In this document: positions 48,337-60,526 of the stretch, piece by piece
How positions within the stretch are numbered: position 1 is the stretch's first letter
Layout of the letters: the number at the start of each line of letters is the position of its first letter
NCBI GenBank assembly: GCA_000934665.2
Contig: KZ537992.1
Span: forward strand, 124,001 to 185,913
Direction of reading: 5' to 3'
DNA: 61,913 bases
Source of the DNA: Catajapyx aquilonaris
Taxonomy: Eukaryota
Notes under the pieces: model-generated
Told to the model about the DNA's origin: nothing
Seen by the model: the letters and a program-made list of their open reading frames with translations, nothing else
The model's database searches: none
Translations under genes and position numbers: made by a program

Positions 48337-49014
48337 GTTTACATGCGAGCGATTTATCAGCGCTGTTGCAGCGATGTACTATATCGCTCAAAAAGATGCG
48401 AGACGATTTTGCATTGAAACCAAATGCACAACCGTCTCCATTTTTTTAAAAGGGATATAGCATATCGCTGAGTGAAAATAACAATATATTTTCGCCCCAA
48501 ACAATTAGTCTCATCGATGCAACGTCGCTGATAAATCGCTCGCATGTAAAGCCGCGTTGACATGTGAGCGATTTCATCAGCGATGTCATCGCTGAGCGAT
48601 GAATCCAATAAATTGTTTGGGCAACAAGCAACAATCATGGTAACAGTAAATTTTCGCCCCAAACAATTGGCCTCATCGCTGCAACATCGCTGATAAATTG
48701 CTCGCATGTAAACCCGCGATTTCATCAGCGATGTCATCGCTGAGCGAAAGTAACAACGGTGGTGACAATATATTTTCGTCCCAAACAATTAGTCTCATCG
48801 ATGCAACGCCGCTGATAAATCGCTAGCATGTAAAGTCGCGTTTACATGTGAGCGATTTCATCAGCGATGTCATCGCTGAGCGATGAATCCAATAAATTGC
48901 TTGGGCAACAAGCAACAATCATGGTAACAATACATTTTCGCCCCAAACAATTGGCCTCATCGCTCAGCGATGTACATAGCTGCAACATCGCTGATAAATC
49001 GCTCTCATGTAAAC
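48337..49014. repeat. Head-to-tail array of ~4 MITE-like units (gtttacatg.gagcgattt ... aaatcgct.gcatgtaaa)
   Basis: End-to-start junctions catgtaaagccgcgttgacatg (~48543) and catgtaaagtcgcgtttacatg (~48827); long block duplicated with a 284-bp period. Confidence 0.85.
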
Positions 49015-50532
49015 CAGTGTGAAGTTGGCCCCTGAAGAGTAACCTTAAAATAATAATTAAGTGGGGAAAACCCGGCCAAGATGGCCTTGCACCCCTCCTG
49101 AGGAGTAACTGTGGCAACGTCGGAACCATGGACTTGCGCGAATGTGGGTGCGCACTCGGTTGCTCTCGTAAAGAATCGTCTTGTATAATCTCAGAGAAAA
49201 TCTAGTGAAATTGCAAGAAATTTGCAACAATAAGGGACACGTAATATTTGTTTCGAAGAATTTCATATTAGTGGTCTTTCTTTTAATTTTTGGCGCAATT
49301 TTTTGGCGGTTTTATCTGCAGGGATTTTCTCTCCCAGTCCCCCCCCCCCCCAAAAAAAAAAAAAAAAATTTAAAACGAGCTTTTGTTGCAGCTGTAAACG
49401 GGGATTTGATCTGAAACCAGAGTGGAGCTTATCGATAGGTTGCGGTTCCATTATCTGGTGGCATAATCCGACTCTAGTTGGACAATAGCATTGCAGGTCC
49501 CACAAGTGCCTTTTAAATAAATTGTTATCCGAATCGCAGTGTCACTAGCAAAAGGCCACTTTTTTTGTGGGGGTGAAAGTGAAGAGGGATTAACGGTTAA
49601 CCTCACCCAGTATATAGCCCGACACAAAGGTATGAAACCATTTTCTGTATGAATCTGAATTTCAGCATATATCAACTTGTTGGTCATGAACTTTCGCATT
49701 TGCTTTCGCCTTTTTCTCTCTCTCTCTCGCTCTGCCAAGAAGCCAAATCAAGGAGTATTTATTCCCTCAGAACTTCAGTTCCTGTCCATTTCCTCTATTA
49801 TCCATTTTGGTTCCCGGACGCTATGACTGGAAAGTAAAAATCTTTCTCTCTCTTAAAAAAAAATACTTCTCCGCAATCTAAAGTGAGTTTCTCTCAGTAT
49901 GTTCCCCGAAGGATATGGATCGTTTTCTTCCCAAGTTTTCAGCATATTTCCCCCCCTCATTCGATCCTTCTCTCTCTGATATAGCCTAAGTAGTCTACAA
50001 AGTGATCCTCCCCCTGCTGGCATCTTGGATGACATCTTGCAAGATATTTGATCCCTCGATTTGCTTCCGATTTCCCTAGGGCAGACCCAATTAATGCCTG
50101 AATAACACCAGCTCGTTTTTTTCCTCTCGTTTTTTTCTTTTTTTCTTTCCTTTTCACAACCCTTCTCTTCCGGGAGATGCTTTCAGTTAACTAGCGAAGT
50201 GGGACTTGTGAATTGCTGGGGCTTCCAAACTCGACTGCCTTTGCGAACGAGGAGTTGGCTGGAGGAAATGGCAAAAAGCCGGGCACCGTGAAATGGGTCT
50301 GCATCATCTCAGGGTATGATTTGGGGGAGATTTCTTCTTCTTTTCCGGGTGTGACAGTGGCGGACGTTGTGATAGTTCAGCGCAAACTAACAGGCAAAAC
50401 CTTGATTACCCAACCGGAAGAGACAGATAAAGATAGTCGCAATTTTGCCTTGAAAATGATCGTAATTGGCGAGAAAGCTCGGAACAACAATGGGGTCTTA
50501 GCCTACATTTTGCAAATACATGTAAAAAAAAG

Positions 50533-50606
50533 TAACCTAACCTAACCTAACCTAACCTGACCTGACCTAACCTAACCTAACCTAACCTAACCTAACCTAG
50601 CCTAAC
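50533..50606. repeat. (CCTAA)n / (TTAGG)n pentanucleotide run, ~14 copies
   Basis: Direct reading; TTAGG is the ancestral arthropod telomeric motif. Confidence 0.92.
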
Positions 50607-50820
50607 AAATATTGGTGTTCTTTTTGTTTGGAAGAAATACGTATCAGTTTTCCAGCTATGATCGATCTAAGATCATATTAATTATACGGTATCTGACGTC
50701 ACTGTTCCCAAACAGATCGGTGCAGAGATAGGAACGCACCTGGGCTGCTTTGTTCCTTTGTTTGTTAGACACTTTGTTGGCGACCCTATACCAACGGAGT
50801 CGAACTAATTAAAGTCAACT

Positions 50821-50929
50821 AAACGAAAGAACGATCTGACGTCATCATTTTGTAGTAAACAGTGTCAACACAAAAGAACAATGTTCAAAACAATGAACAA
50901 AACAATGACGTCAGATCGTTCTTTCGTTT
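50821..50929. mobile_element. 109-bp mini-MITE with perfect 25-bp TIRs
   Basis: aaacgaaagaacgatctgacgtcat ... atgacgtcagatcgttctttcgttt. Confidence 0.8.
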
Positions 50930-50956
50930 GACGAACGTTTAGAGAGGCTTTTTTGA

Positions 50957-51270
50957 AGAGAGTCGCCAACCTATGACGTCACGTCGTCTGTGATTGGGTG
51001 GAGTAATTATGGACTGTTTACCTGTCCTATAAAGGCCGCCATCTTGCGTTGGATGAAAAAAAAGTGGCCGGTTCTGACGTCACTGTCGGCTCCAATTGGC
51101 TGGAGTAGTACAGGTCTTCAGGCTGCAGCCAATCGGAGTAGACCATGACGTCAGAACCGGCCACTTTTTTGCATCTAACGCAAGGTGGCGGCCTCCATAG
51201 GACACGTAAACAGTCCATAATTACTCAATCTAATCAGAGACGACGTGACATCAGAAGTTGGCGACTCTCT
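50957..51270. mobile_element. Fully palindromic MITE family P1, copy 2
   Basis: agagagtcgccaac ... gttggcgactctct termini; arms pair along the whole length. Confidence 0.88.
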
Positions 51271-52341
51271 CTAAATCGATTAATCGATCGACTTCCAGTA
51301 AAGCATTGCACCACTCTGTATACGTCATCTTGGTAACTAATTACGGGGCAGGCAGGAGTCAGAATGCACCCTTAGGCCACACCCCCTTTTTTCCGCCAAT
51401 TTGAAAAGTGGTGGAATACTTGTTTAACGGTATGGTTGAACTATTTGTCAATTTTCTGCATCGATCATTTTTTTTTACTGGAGGTTTTACAGGGTGTTTC
51501 ATACTGAACTGCTTGGCCAAAATATATATACCCACACCGTCGGCCAGCCATTGTAGCATGTACCCCCTTTTAGCTGAGCGAGACAAGCTGACGTGCAGAG
51601 CGTGTTTGCTGGCCACCGTAATAGGGAATTCCCCCCTCACTTCCTACGGGGATTTTTCCACGTAAAATGAGTCTGAGAGCGGGGCTAACGCGCTGTCATC
51701 TCGGATATTAGCCTGCTTAGTTGTAAGCACGGCTGGAGGCTTGCACTGCAAAAGCGACGCTTTTGCTGAGAAATGGAATCGCTGCGGGCACAATCATACC
51801 GCACCACAGCTACACACGAACCTTTGAAATACACTAGGTTTAAACAACAAGAACAGAAAAAAACTAGGGAATATTTTTTTTTGCTTTAAAAAATATAGAG
51901 TCCAGCTAATCTTCGGGACTCGTAAATTATTTGGTAGCATTACCGGCATTACTCTGGATATTTTAAAAATGCAAGCGCCCCCCGGTGTATAGTGGAGAGG
52001 TCAACATGCCCCCAGGACCCATTTATAGTCTTACTGGGGTAAATTATAGCCTCATTTACAGGGGACATGGCATTATTTGCAAACGTATTAAGCTAAGCCC
52101 GAAGCAACCGCACAATTTGCGCAACGTTTCCACAACTCGGGTTGGCAGTTAATAAAAACAAATGTGCTTTCAATTCGAGTATTACGTTCGCACACCTGCT
52201 GTGCCAACTTTGGTGGCAATTACGATTCGAAAAGCCGCTTTTTTTATTACATATATTAACCAAATATGTGTGCGACGATTTTAGACGTCAAATTTGCAAT
52301 ATTCCGAACTTTTAGACTTTTTCTCATCAAAAAATAATATA

Positions 52342-52548
52342 GAGGGTGATCCAAGTTCAAGTGTCGTTTTATAACGGCGATTAATAGCAGTGATTTTGCG
52401 ATGACGTAGCAGCGACGCGTAAAATGCCCCACTTCGGCGCATCTTCGGCGCAATCGAAGTGGGCAATTTTACACGTCGCTGCTACGTCATCGTTAAGCGC
52501 TTCTATTAATCGCCGTTATAAAACGACACTTGAACTTGGACCACCCTG
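52342..52548. mobile_element. Palindromic Tc1/mariner-type MITE
   Basis: ta|gagggtgatccaagttcaagtgtcgttttataacggcgattaatag ... ctattaatcgccgttataaaacgacacttgaacttggaccaccctg|ta. Confidence 0.88.
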
Positions 52549-52887
52549 TATATGGCCGTCTGTCTGTAGACATAGGGGAAAAGGTCCGGCAGGTGACGAT
52601 GACGATGACGGGAGAGACGAAAAAAAGCGACCTTCATCCGCGGAGGTCAACATGCAACTGAACGGGTCCCACCGCCACTGCGCATGCTCGGAACGGGGGC
52701 CAATCGGAGGCGTCATGGTAACAATGGACCGGGGCCAATAGGAAGAGGTGGAGGCAACAATATGGGGGTGGACGAATCAGAAGGCTCGGTCATAGTCCGC
52801 AAGGATTTTAATATGATAGATTACTTATTTTTATTTTTTTATTTTATTATCCACCAAGTCTATACACCGTATAAATGAATTTTACTG

Positions 52888-53420
52888 GATTTCTTGGCAA
52901 CCGGAAATGAGACTGACAACATTCTATGCCATTGTTGTTCGGTTAGAATCGCATCGTGTCGTATCGTATCGTCAGGGAGCATATCCTACGTAAGAGGCGC
53001 AAACATTCGATTTTTGCGTCTCTCTGTTTGGGGCGTTGCCAAGTCTAGCGGCCATTTTGAAGTATGTGGAACGCCAACGAGGTATAAATAGGGTACAGGC
53101 AAAAATAGGGTCCGCCATCTTTGATTCGCGCGTGTTCTTGCCGTGTAGTTACCATGGCCGCCACAATCATCAAAGATGGCGTACCCGGACCCTATTTTTG
53201 CCTGTACCCTACTTATACCTCGTTGGCGTTCCACACACTTCAAAATGGCCGCCAGCCTTGGCAACGGCCCCAAACAGAGAGACGCGAACATCAAAGGCGC
53301 CGACAGAAGTTTGCGCCTCTTATGTCGTATATGCTCCCTGGTGTCGTATTCAACGAAGTTGTCAGTCTCATTCCCTACTATCCAATGAGAAAAAGTCTAC
53401 CCGAATCACGCTCTTGTCTA
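52888..53420 (-). mobile_element. Family H2 partial copy split by a nested MITE
   Basis: ggaaatgagactgacaac...atcgtatcgt [insert] ...ttgtcagtctcatt...tctacccgaatcacgctcttgt; the empty site is seen at 40066-40190. Confidence 0.7.
52973..53340. mobile_element. Palindromic MITE family P2 (CAGGGAGCATAT ends; hAT/P-like), copy 1
   Basis: cagggagcatat ... atatgctccctg, arms of ~150 bp; approximate 7-bp flanking duplication gtatcgt/gtgtcgt. Confidence 0.9.
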
Positions 53421-54299
53421 ACGATTGATCCACATTTTTTTTAGGTCGAGAGTAGTACCTTCAAGGTGAGTCTGAAATTAGTACCGGAGCAGCGGAAAAT
53501 ATTTGCAAATCAGATCACTACCTTTAAAGATTTTTTTCTTTTCTTTCCTCCTTTGCTTTTGAAGGTCCTCTCTGCAGCATCCGCTTCATTATCATTGAAA
53601 TAAGAATTCAGGACCCGTTGTTTTTTTATATATATCTTCCTATGAGTTCGGGAGGTTGAAATTAGCAATCCTGAGAGAGAGGCTGGACTCCATCCAGCAT
53701 ATTGCAACGCTCATTTCCAAGAAGTTCTAAAGGGGTAAAAAAAAAGAAGAGCCTTGCTGATTGCGGAGGCAACACGAGTGACCCGATCGGAAAACTTTTT
53801 TTTTTTCCTTTTCATTTTCTTTTCCTTTTTCTTACTTTTTTTTTCTTTTCTTTTCTTTGGAAAGCTCTACTTCGTTACTTTCGTCTGGATGCTTCCGCAG
53901 GTTGGAGAATGGTAAAAGGGGGCGTCGGACTTGGTAATCAGGCCTGGCTCATATTTGAGATCGTAATCGGCGGAGATAGGGAGTAATTGGGGAGCCTTAA
54001 CGGCACTTTTGAGGCTCGTCTGCTTGCGGGGGGGAAGAGGTTTTTATTTGCTCTTCAAAAACCGTGATTTTGGGGGTGGGGGGGGGGGGGTTTCCATATA
54101 GGAAATTTTAGTCCTGCAGGATGGAAATCATCGCAGCCTCTCAACCCGACGCTTATTATAATGTTTGCGCGATGGCGAGTTTTGGTTATGCAGACATAAT
54201 CACGAATCTGTGCCTGGAAATTTTGCAATCACAAAAACAACCTACAGTTAGGCCTACTTGAACTCAAAATATCGAGTGAAATTGAATTTGATCATTAAT

Positions 54300-54822
54300 G
54301 CAATAATTTTTATTGGAAGTTATTCCGGTCATAATATTAGATGAAAAAGTGAAACTCAGTTTTTAAATATTTGCAATAGTCGAGAATCTTTTGCATTTGA
54401 GATGGCCACATCAGGCGCTAAAAAGCTTCCGGAATTTTAATATTAACATTTCAGACACTAACAGTTGATTATGGTCAATTTTTTGAGTCGCATAATAATT
54501 GTTCAAGAACATTAATTTTATTAAAATTTCATCTATACGCAATCGTGATCGCACAGTGTAATATCCAATTTGCAGTGTTGCCACATTTTGAAACTATAGC
54601 ATTTATTTTATTGAATAATACTTTTTGTGAACACTATCAATTATTTTCTGAAAAAATTAATAGTTCTGGAAGCTTGTAAGTGACTGCTGTGGCCATTTCA
54701 AGTGCAGAAATTTGCAAATCATTAACTTTTGAGCCCAAGTTTTCAGTACTAATGGGGACAGATATTTAAATACTGAATTTTCATATAATATTATGAGGAA
54801 CAACTTCCAATTAAAATATTGC
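54300..54822. mobile_element. Old AT-rich element with long degenerate inverted arms
   Basis: attggaagttattcc..tcataatatta.atgaaaa / ttttcatataatattatgaggaacaacttccaat; atggccaca...aagcttcc.gaa / ttctggaagctt...tgtggccat. Confidence 0.7.
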
Positions 54823-56139
54823 TGAACACTGCAAAATCAATCCTGGAAGGGACACTTTCATAAAAATAGGTATAACAAAATTTGAGCATTTTAAAACATA
54901 ATATTACATGAAGCATGTATGTTATTCAACCGTAAGTTAGTTAATATTGAGCCTTACCTTTTAAAGAGTGTTTATGCTGCTTTTTTTTGAATCGCAAAAG
55001 TTCAGATCCGTCCAATTCCTGTTGCGTCTATTTCTCACTCGAACTGTACCCAGCCCAATAACTCTTTTGAATGTGAAGGCTTTAGAAATGGAGCTTTTGG
55101 TGGATTATCGGATCCGACGCCCAACCAAAATTAAAATTTCAGAATTATAATTCCCACCCGTTTTGTAAAGACTTGCTTGTAAAAATACATAAAGTGCGGA
55201 GTCTGCATTGAAAAAAAAAAAATCTAAAAAAAAAATCATTCAAAACTTTGTCGTTCGCTGCGACTCACACTCTCAAAAACTTGTGCTTCCCCACTCGACC
55301 CTCGTGAATAATTTTGTCAGGTAGAGATTTTACTCGGTCAGAGTGTGGTCTTGCACCATCCAAGTTTTGCAAGCCGCTGGAAAAAAAAAAACGTTGGCAC
55401 AGTTTTGCCCAGCAGACTATTTTATGCATTGTGGTCTAGGTGGAGAAAATGTGGAACAAGACACCGTTTGCAGACCCACAATTTTTTTGGGTGGGTATAT
55501 TGTTTTGGTCATTTAAAAAAAAACCGGAATGAAGGTGCAGGTAAGCCGTGCGGAAAATTCTTAACAATTACCTCCCCACCACCACCTGGTTCCATTGGAA
55601 AAGTCAGTTGAGCGAAAGTTCCTAAGAGTGTGTACGCATCTGTGGTTCTTCAGTTAGTTTTTCCAGGGCTGTTGTTGTTGCCCGAAACTGTTGGCAAAGC
55701 GTATCGTTAATTACATGTACGAAGAGCTTTTCTGCACCATTGATGACAAAGCTGGTGCTATTTTTTTTTAGTTGCATCCTTGCAGATTTTGCCTAGGTTA
55801 TTACACGTATAAAATACCACTAGTGTAATGCCGAGGCTCGTAATTTTGCGTCGGTTAATTAACGAGAGAGGAAAAAATGTCCCTTGTGTGGGTTTTTAAC
55901 CATCTGGTCCTTTTTGACAACACCACCGTCTGTTATTAGGCTTCTTGAAATAATATGGGTTGGTGACGATATGTATATACAGTAATCAGGGGCATAAAGG
56001 TGGAAATTTGAGAGAAATTAGGACGACAATTAGTGCAATCATCACAAAGATTGGTCGTTATGAAAATACCAGTAGCGGACTAGTTGTCAAATTTTGGAAA
56101 CACTGCCCCCCCCCCCCCCTCAACTTGGACGTAGTACAA

Positions 56140-56380
56140 TAGGCCCCTCTGCACACTACTGCCGTTGTCAGGGAGAAAGTAGTACTGCATTCACGTTGGT
56201 GATGAGTCACAGCGCGGACAAAGTCCACCAGGGTGCTATAACCTGCCTGTGGGTCCCACCCTCTCTGACCGCTAAGTGTTGAACGTGTAAAGTGAAAACT
56301 ATGGCAACTGCTACCTATAGGTGATGAGTCAACACGGACATATAAGCAGACGGAGAGAATAAGGGGATTAGTAGTCTGAT
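56140..56380 (-). mobile_element. Family H1 Helitron-like copy
   Basis: cacgttggtgatgagtcacagcgcggacaaagtccaccagggtgctataac...gaataaggggattagt is the reverse complement of 18546-18935 without the nested MITE. Confidence 0.75.
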
Positions 56381-57123
56381 TTTCATTTTCCTTACAAGTT
56401 GTTTCAAATAAAGTCCAAGTCAGCTATAGTTTCAGGGCAGAATGATATTTCGCAGCCTCTCCTTGCCAATATTGCTCCAAAACCAAGCCAACATGTCAAG
56501 CTCGCTGCCAGGAGTGTCGCACAAAACGGGGGGCCAACAATGGCCCACAATCCAAAGCAGTAATCCTCTTATCAGCGGAGGGTGTGACCCCAAAGTCCGG
56601 TTATTAGTCCAGGATATGGGCTTGCTGAATTGGCCAGACTCTCTGTTAATCCCTGTAAGGAATTCCTGCGTCGAAGCCAACGACCCTTTAGAAACCCAAC
56701 AGTCTGAGTCTCTCTCTCTGCCAAAACCTATCACTTTATTTGCAAAAGCTGTGTGGGAGACCTTCCCCCCTGGAGAACCTAGCGTCCACTGGTTGTTTGC
56801 GGTGATAAAACGCTTCCTGTCATCGAAACAAGCGGGGCATTGAGCGGTTCATAATCCTCTCCGGCGCGGAAAAAGCACCGCAAGAATCCGCTTGCTGCAC
56901 TGGATCCAAGCTGGACAAAAAAACAAACAAACCATTTTTTGTGCACTTTCTCTCACACGACATAACAGACAGCGGAAGAGCAATTAATTGATCTGGGAAT
57001 TCGATTAGTTGATTGTGACCAGTCAACCTCTAGCAACCTACTAAATAATTATTGTGCATTCTGTACTGGTAATACAAACGAAAAACTCTGACCGATGTAT
57101 AGTACTAGTACACTCACTATTCT

Positions 57124-57208
57124 GTCGGGCCCACGTTGGGCGCCAAATGGCTATAGCCTGGGGGCAGGTCAAGGGTCCTGACATTTGGCGCCCAACGTGG
57201 GACCCGAC
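57124..57208. repeat. Short GC-rich inverted repeat
   Basis: gtcgggcccacgttgggcgccaaatg ... catttggcgcccaacgtgggacccgac. Confidence 0.8.
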
Positions 57209-57988
57209 CATTCAGAGAGCTGATGCCAACCGTGTAAGCTGCGCGAACGGTGGTGCGTACTCGGTTGAGTTGTAAATTTTTTTATAGCCTATATAGTATA
57301 CGCTACAGAAATTATTTTTGTCAGCTCACACTGACCAAAATTTCAGCTTTGAACACGAACATAAATGGCGACTCATTAATAAATCTTCCGAACCTTTTAG
57401 TGTGGGAAATTATGCAGCATAATGCTTGTTCCTCCCTCTGGTAACGTCCCAAGAGAAAGATAGTGTACTCCTAACACAAGGAAATGCTCGCCATCCGTGA
57501 ATCCCGCTAGCACATTTTTTTTGGGGGGGCCAAAAGGTGCGTGCATGTTGTTTTTTTTCCTCTGAAAATGTTGACATCCTCCCATGTCCCCAGCCGCATT
57601 CCGGACAAATAACTACCTATAACGAGGAAGCAACTTCCGCCAACTTTATAATGAAATTATCTAAAACCCTCATCGCGTTACGACCCATAATTGGTTTTAA
57701 AAACTCGACGCAGCGAATGGGTATAAAATAAGCTGATCTCAGGCCATAATAACAATGGAAATGTGAGAGAAATTTATTTTTTTCCATAGCAGGAAGTGAC
57801 GTTTGAGGATACACCTGGGGATATGGCTGATAGTGCGGATAAAGGATAATAATTTAAGCCCGAATGGGTATTACGAAAGTTAACACCAGTCGAGCGTTGT
57901 TGGGTTCCGGTACTTTTAATCTGAAAGGAAAAATATCATGAACTTCCGTTCCGGAATGATCTGGACAAGTTTTGTCTGGTAATGGCAA

Positions 57989-58182
57989 TGGACATTAATG
58001 GTGTCGTACTGGTGGCGCTACGATCCGACGGCGGCAAAAGAGCGAATCGAAATTCCCTCCCCTCCGGATGACCACCTTCACTACGGATCCAGTTCATCGG
58101 ATTTAGTGAAGGAAAGTTTCGATTCGCTCTTTTGCCACCATCGAATCTTGGCGCCACCAGTACGACACCATGTCCAACACTG
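57989..58182. mobile_element. Palindromic MITE, family P3
   Basis: atggtgtcgtactggtggcgc...gcaaaagagcgaatcgaaa / tttcgattcgctcttttgc...gcgccaccagtacgacaccat; ends cactg|ta. Confidence 0.8.
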
Positions 58183-59069
58183 TACTGTACAGTACACAGC
58201 ATGAATGATTTCTGCAGAGTAATAGTCCAGTGTAGAGACGATCGGGCGTCACATTTGAATAGACACCTCCAGCGCAGGTGGCATCCTGGTAATAATCTAT
58301 ACAATAGCGTAATCGATGTGCCAACACGTCGTCCTAATTTTCGGCACCCGTAAAGCCCAATTGGCGCATCGAAAAAGCAAGCACTCTGCCAGCACACGCG
58401 CATATTAGCACAATTTTGCCACATTTTTCAGGCACGAATCCCCGCGTGGATTTAATTTCAAAAACCAGTCGTTTTTTTCCCGGGCCCCTTCGTGAGGCAC
58501 AGAACGGTCACATTTGCACGGGTCGCGATTTATTTTTTAAAATTGGCCTTTCTAACACCCCATGGGCCTAACCTAGGCCAAATCAAATGATGCATGCAGT
58601 ATTATGCCAAGAATGAAGCTCCACGCACACACACACACACACATGTCCGCATTAAACGGCCGTACGTATAAAGCCCCCCTATGGGCGGACGCTGAGGAAT
58701 GGACTGGGAGGTAATTGCTTCATTGGACTTGCCGCTACTTATTAATAACCCGGACACAAATCCCGGATTCTCCCGGAACGGGGCTGGGGGGCTTGATCCC
58801 CATTGGACGACGAAACTGGCGGTGCACAACGTGTATATGGACGGGTATGATCTATAGCAGGGAACGATTGTGTTTGAAGTAGCTGTAACAAGGCTTTGGG
58901 GATTTATTCCTACAGGTAAAAATATGCCAAAAGCAATCGGAGAAGTAACATTACATCATTGTTTATAAAATCTACATACAGTGGCAAGAAGTTATATTGT
59001 TGAACCTGTTGCCAAATTTTGGAAACACTGCTTGGCTCACTCCACCCAACTAGGACGTAGTACGATAGA

Positions 59070-59283
59070 CCACTACCAGTTGGCGCATAGACTCTCTCTT
59101 CTCTCTGTACACTCACTGCCACTCTCAGAGAGATAGTACCACATGCACGTTGGTGATGAGTCACTGCGCGGACAAAGTCCACTAGGGCGCTATATTGCTG
59201 TCCTATAATTGCTAAACGAGGAAAGTGACAGTTATGGTAATTACTAGGTGATGACTCTATATGTTTACGGAGTGTAGTCACAT
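59070..59283 (-). mobile_element. Family H1 Helitron-like copy, abutting or interrupted by a palindromic MITE
   Basis: catgcacgttggtgatgagtcactgcgcggacaaagtccactagggcgctata. Confidence 0.7.
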
Positions 59284-59643
59284 CAGGGAGCATATTATAC
59301 TACTCGTACATAAGAGGCGCAAACTTCTGTCGGCGCCTTTGATGTTCGCGTCTCTCTGTTTGAGGCCGTTGCAAAGGCTGGCGGCCATTTTGAAGTGTGG
59401 GGAACGCCAAAAAGGTATATATAGGGTACAGGCAAAAATATGGTCCGCCATCATTGATGGTTTTGGCGGCCATGACAAGAACACGCGCGAATCAAAGATG
59501 GCGGACCCTATTTTTGCCTGTACCCTATTTATACCTCGTTGGCGTTCCCCACACTTCAAAATGGCCGCCAGCCTTGGCAACGCCCCAAACAGAGAGACGC
59601 GGAAATCGAATGTTTGCGCCTCTTATGTAGTATATGCTCCATG
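59284..59643. mobile_element. Palindromic MITE family P2, copy 2 (opposite orientation)
   Basis: High similarity to the reverse complement of 52973-53340, including the asymmetric segment ttctgtcggcgcctttgatgttcgcgtc. Confidence 0.9.
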
Positions 59644-59760
59644 ATGGTCACGTATTGTGAATTCTGTATATGATAAAAGGCAACGTTTGTTTATTTGTCC
59701 AGGTTCGGTTTACCGTGGCAACCTGTTAGCAGTCAGTTTCGCCAAATTTTGGCAAAGGCT

Positions 59761-60017
59761 TGATTTTCTACGAGCTCAACCGAGTGCGCACCCACATTCG
59801 CGCAGCTCCAGAGCCTTGGCAACGTCGGAAATGTCGGCCTCTCCCCAAGCGTAGCGTTGGAAATAAGTGCAGCTCTTATTTACCAGTACACCTACTATAC
59901 AGGGTGACCTTAGACTCTTAGAGCTTTAGACTCACCCTGTCACCAGATACAGTATCATTAATAATGCCAAACTTGCAGGCTGCGCGAACTGTGGTGCGCA
60001 CTCGGTTTCGCTCTCGT
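59761..60017. mobile_element. Family M1 copy containing a tiny cagggtga...tcaccctg insert (~59900-59939)
   Basis: caaccgagtgcgcacccacattcgcgcag ... ctgcgcgaactgtggtgcgcactcggtt. Confidence 0.78.
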
Positions 60018-60497
60018 TATCATTCAAGTAAGAAGGCCTCCAGCGCTACACACCTTTTTGTTGAGGGCAGCAGTAGCGGTCCAATCGACTTTGATGTCGT
60101 ACAGGTTGTGATCCTGTCAGTGGTACAACCCGCAATGCAGGGTTGTAATGTGTGTTGCGGACGCGCCAGGATGTGCTTTGCCCGCCCTTGTTCGTACACG
60201 GGTCGGGTGAATTCCAATCGGCTCATCCCCGCCACATTAGGCCAAGTCTCGGGAGAGATTTGTCGACGAATTAGGCGATGACCCAATTACCGGATCGACC
60301 CCCCCACTACTTGATTAGATTTGCGGGGAGGACCCGACGGTACCATGTAACCCACGGATGTGTCACACACGTCGTTTTTATTTGGAGCGATACAATGGGT
60401 GACACTTTTTTTCCCCCTGTTGGTTTCAATTTTTGTAACAAATTTTTTTTTGTGGGGAGGAAAAACGGTGTGAATAGCTCGTTGCTTTTTATTAGGT

Positions 60498-60526
60498 ACT
60501 AGCAGGATACCCGGCGTTGCTCGGGT
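60498..60526 (-). mobile_element. Helitron 3' terminus
   Basis: Minus strand reads acccgagcaacgccgggt (hairpin), then atcctgCTAG|T, which is the canonical Helitron end signature. The 5' end was not located. Confidence 0.6.

Noticed and set aside
56195..56230. Hammerhead-like gtgatgagtc...ggacaaa in family H1
   Set aside because: The core reads GUGAUGA instead of CUGANGA and lacks GAAA; stems I and III cannot be built.
52986..59644. Similar ~100-130 aa ORFs at 53 kb and 59.3 kb suggesting a duplicated gene
   Set aside because: They derive from two copies of palindromic MITE P2 and appear on both strands; there is no protein signature.
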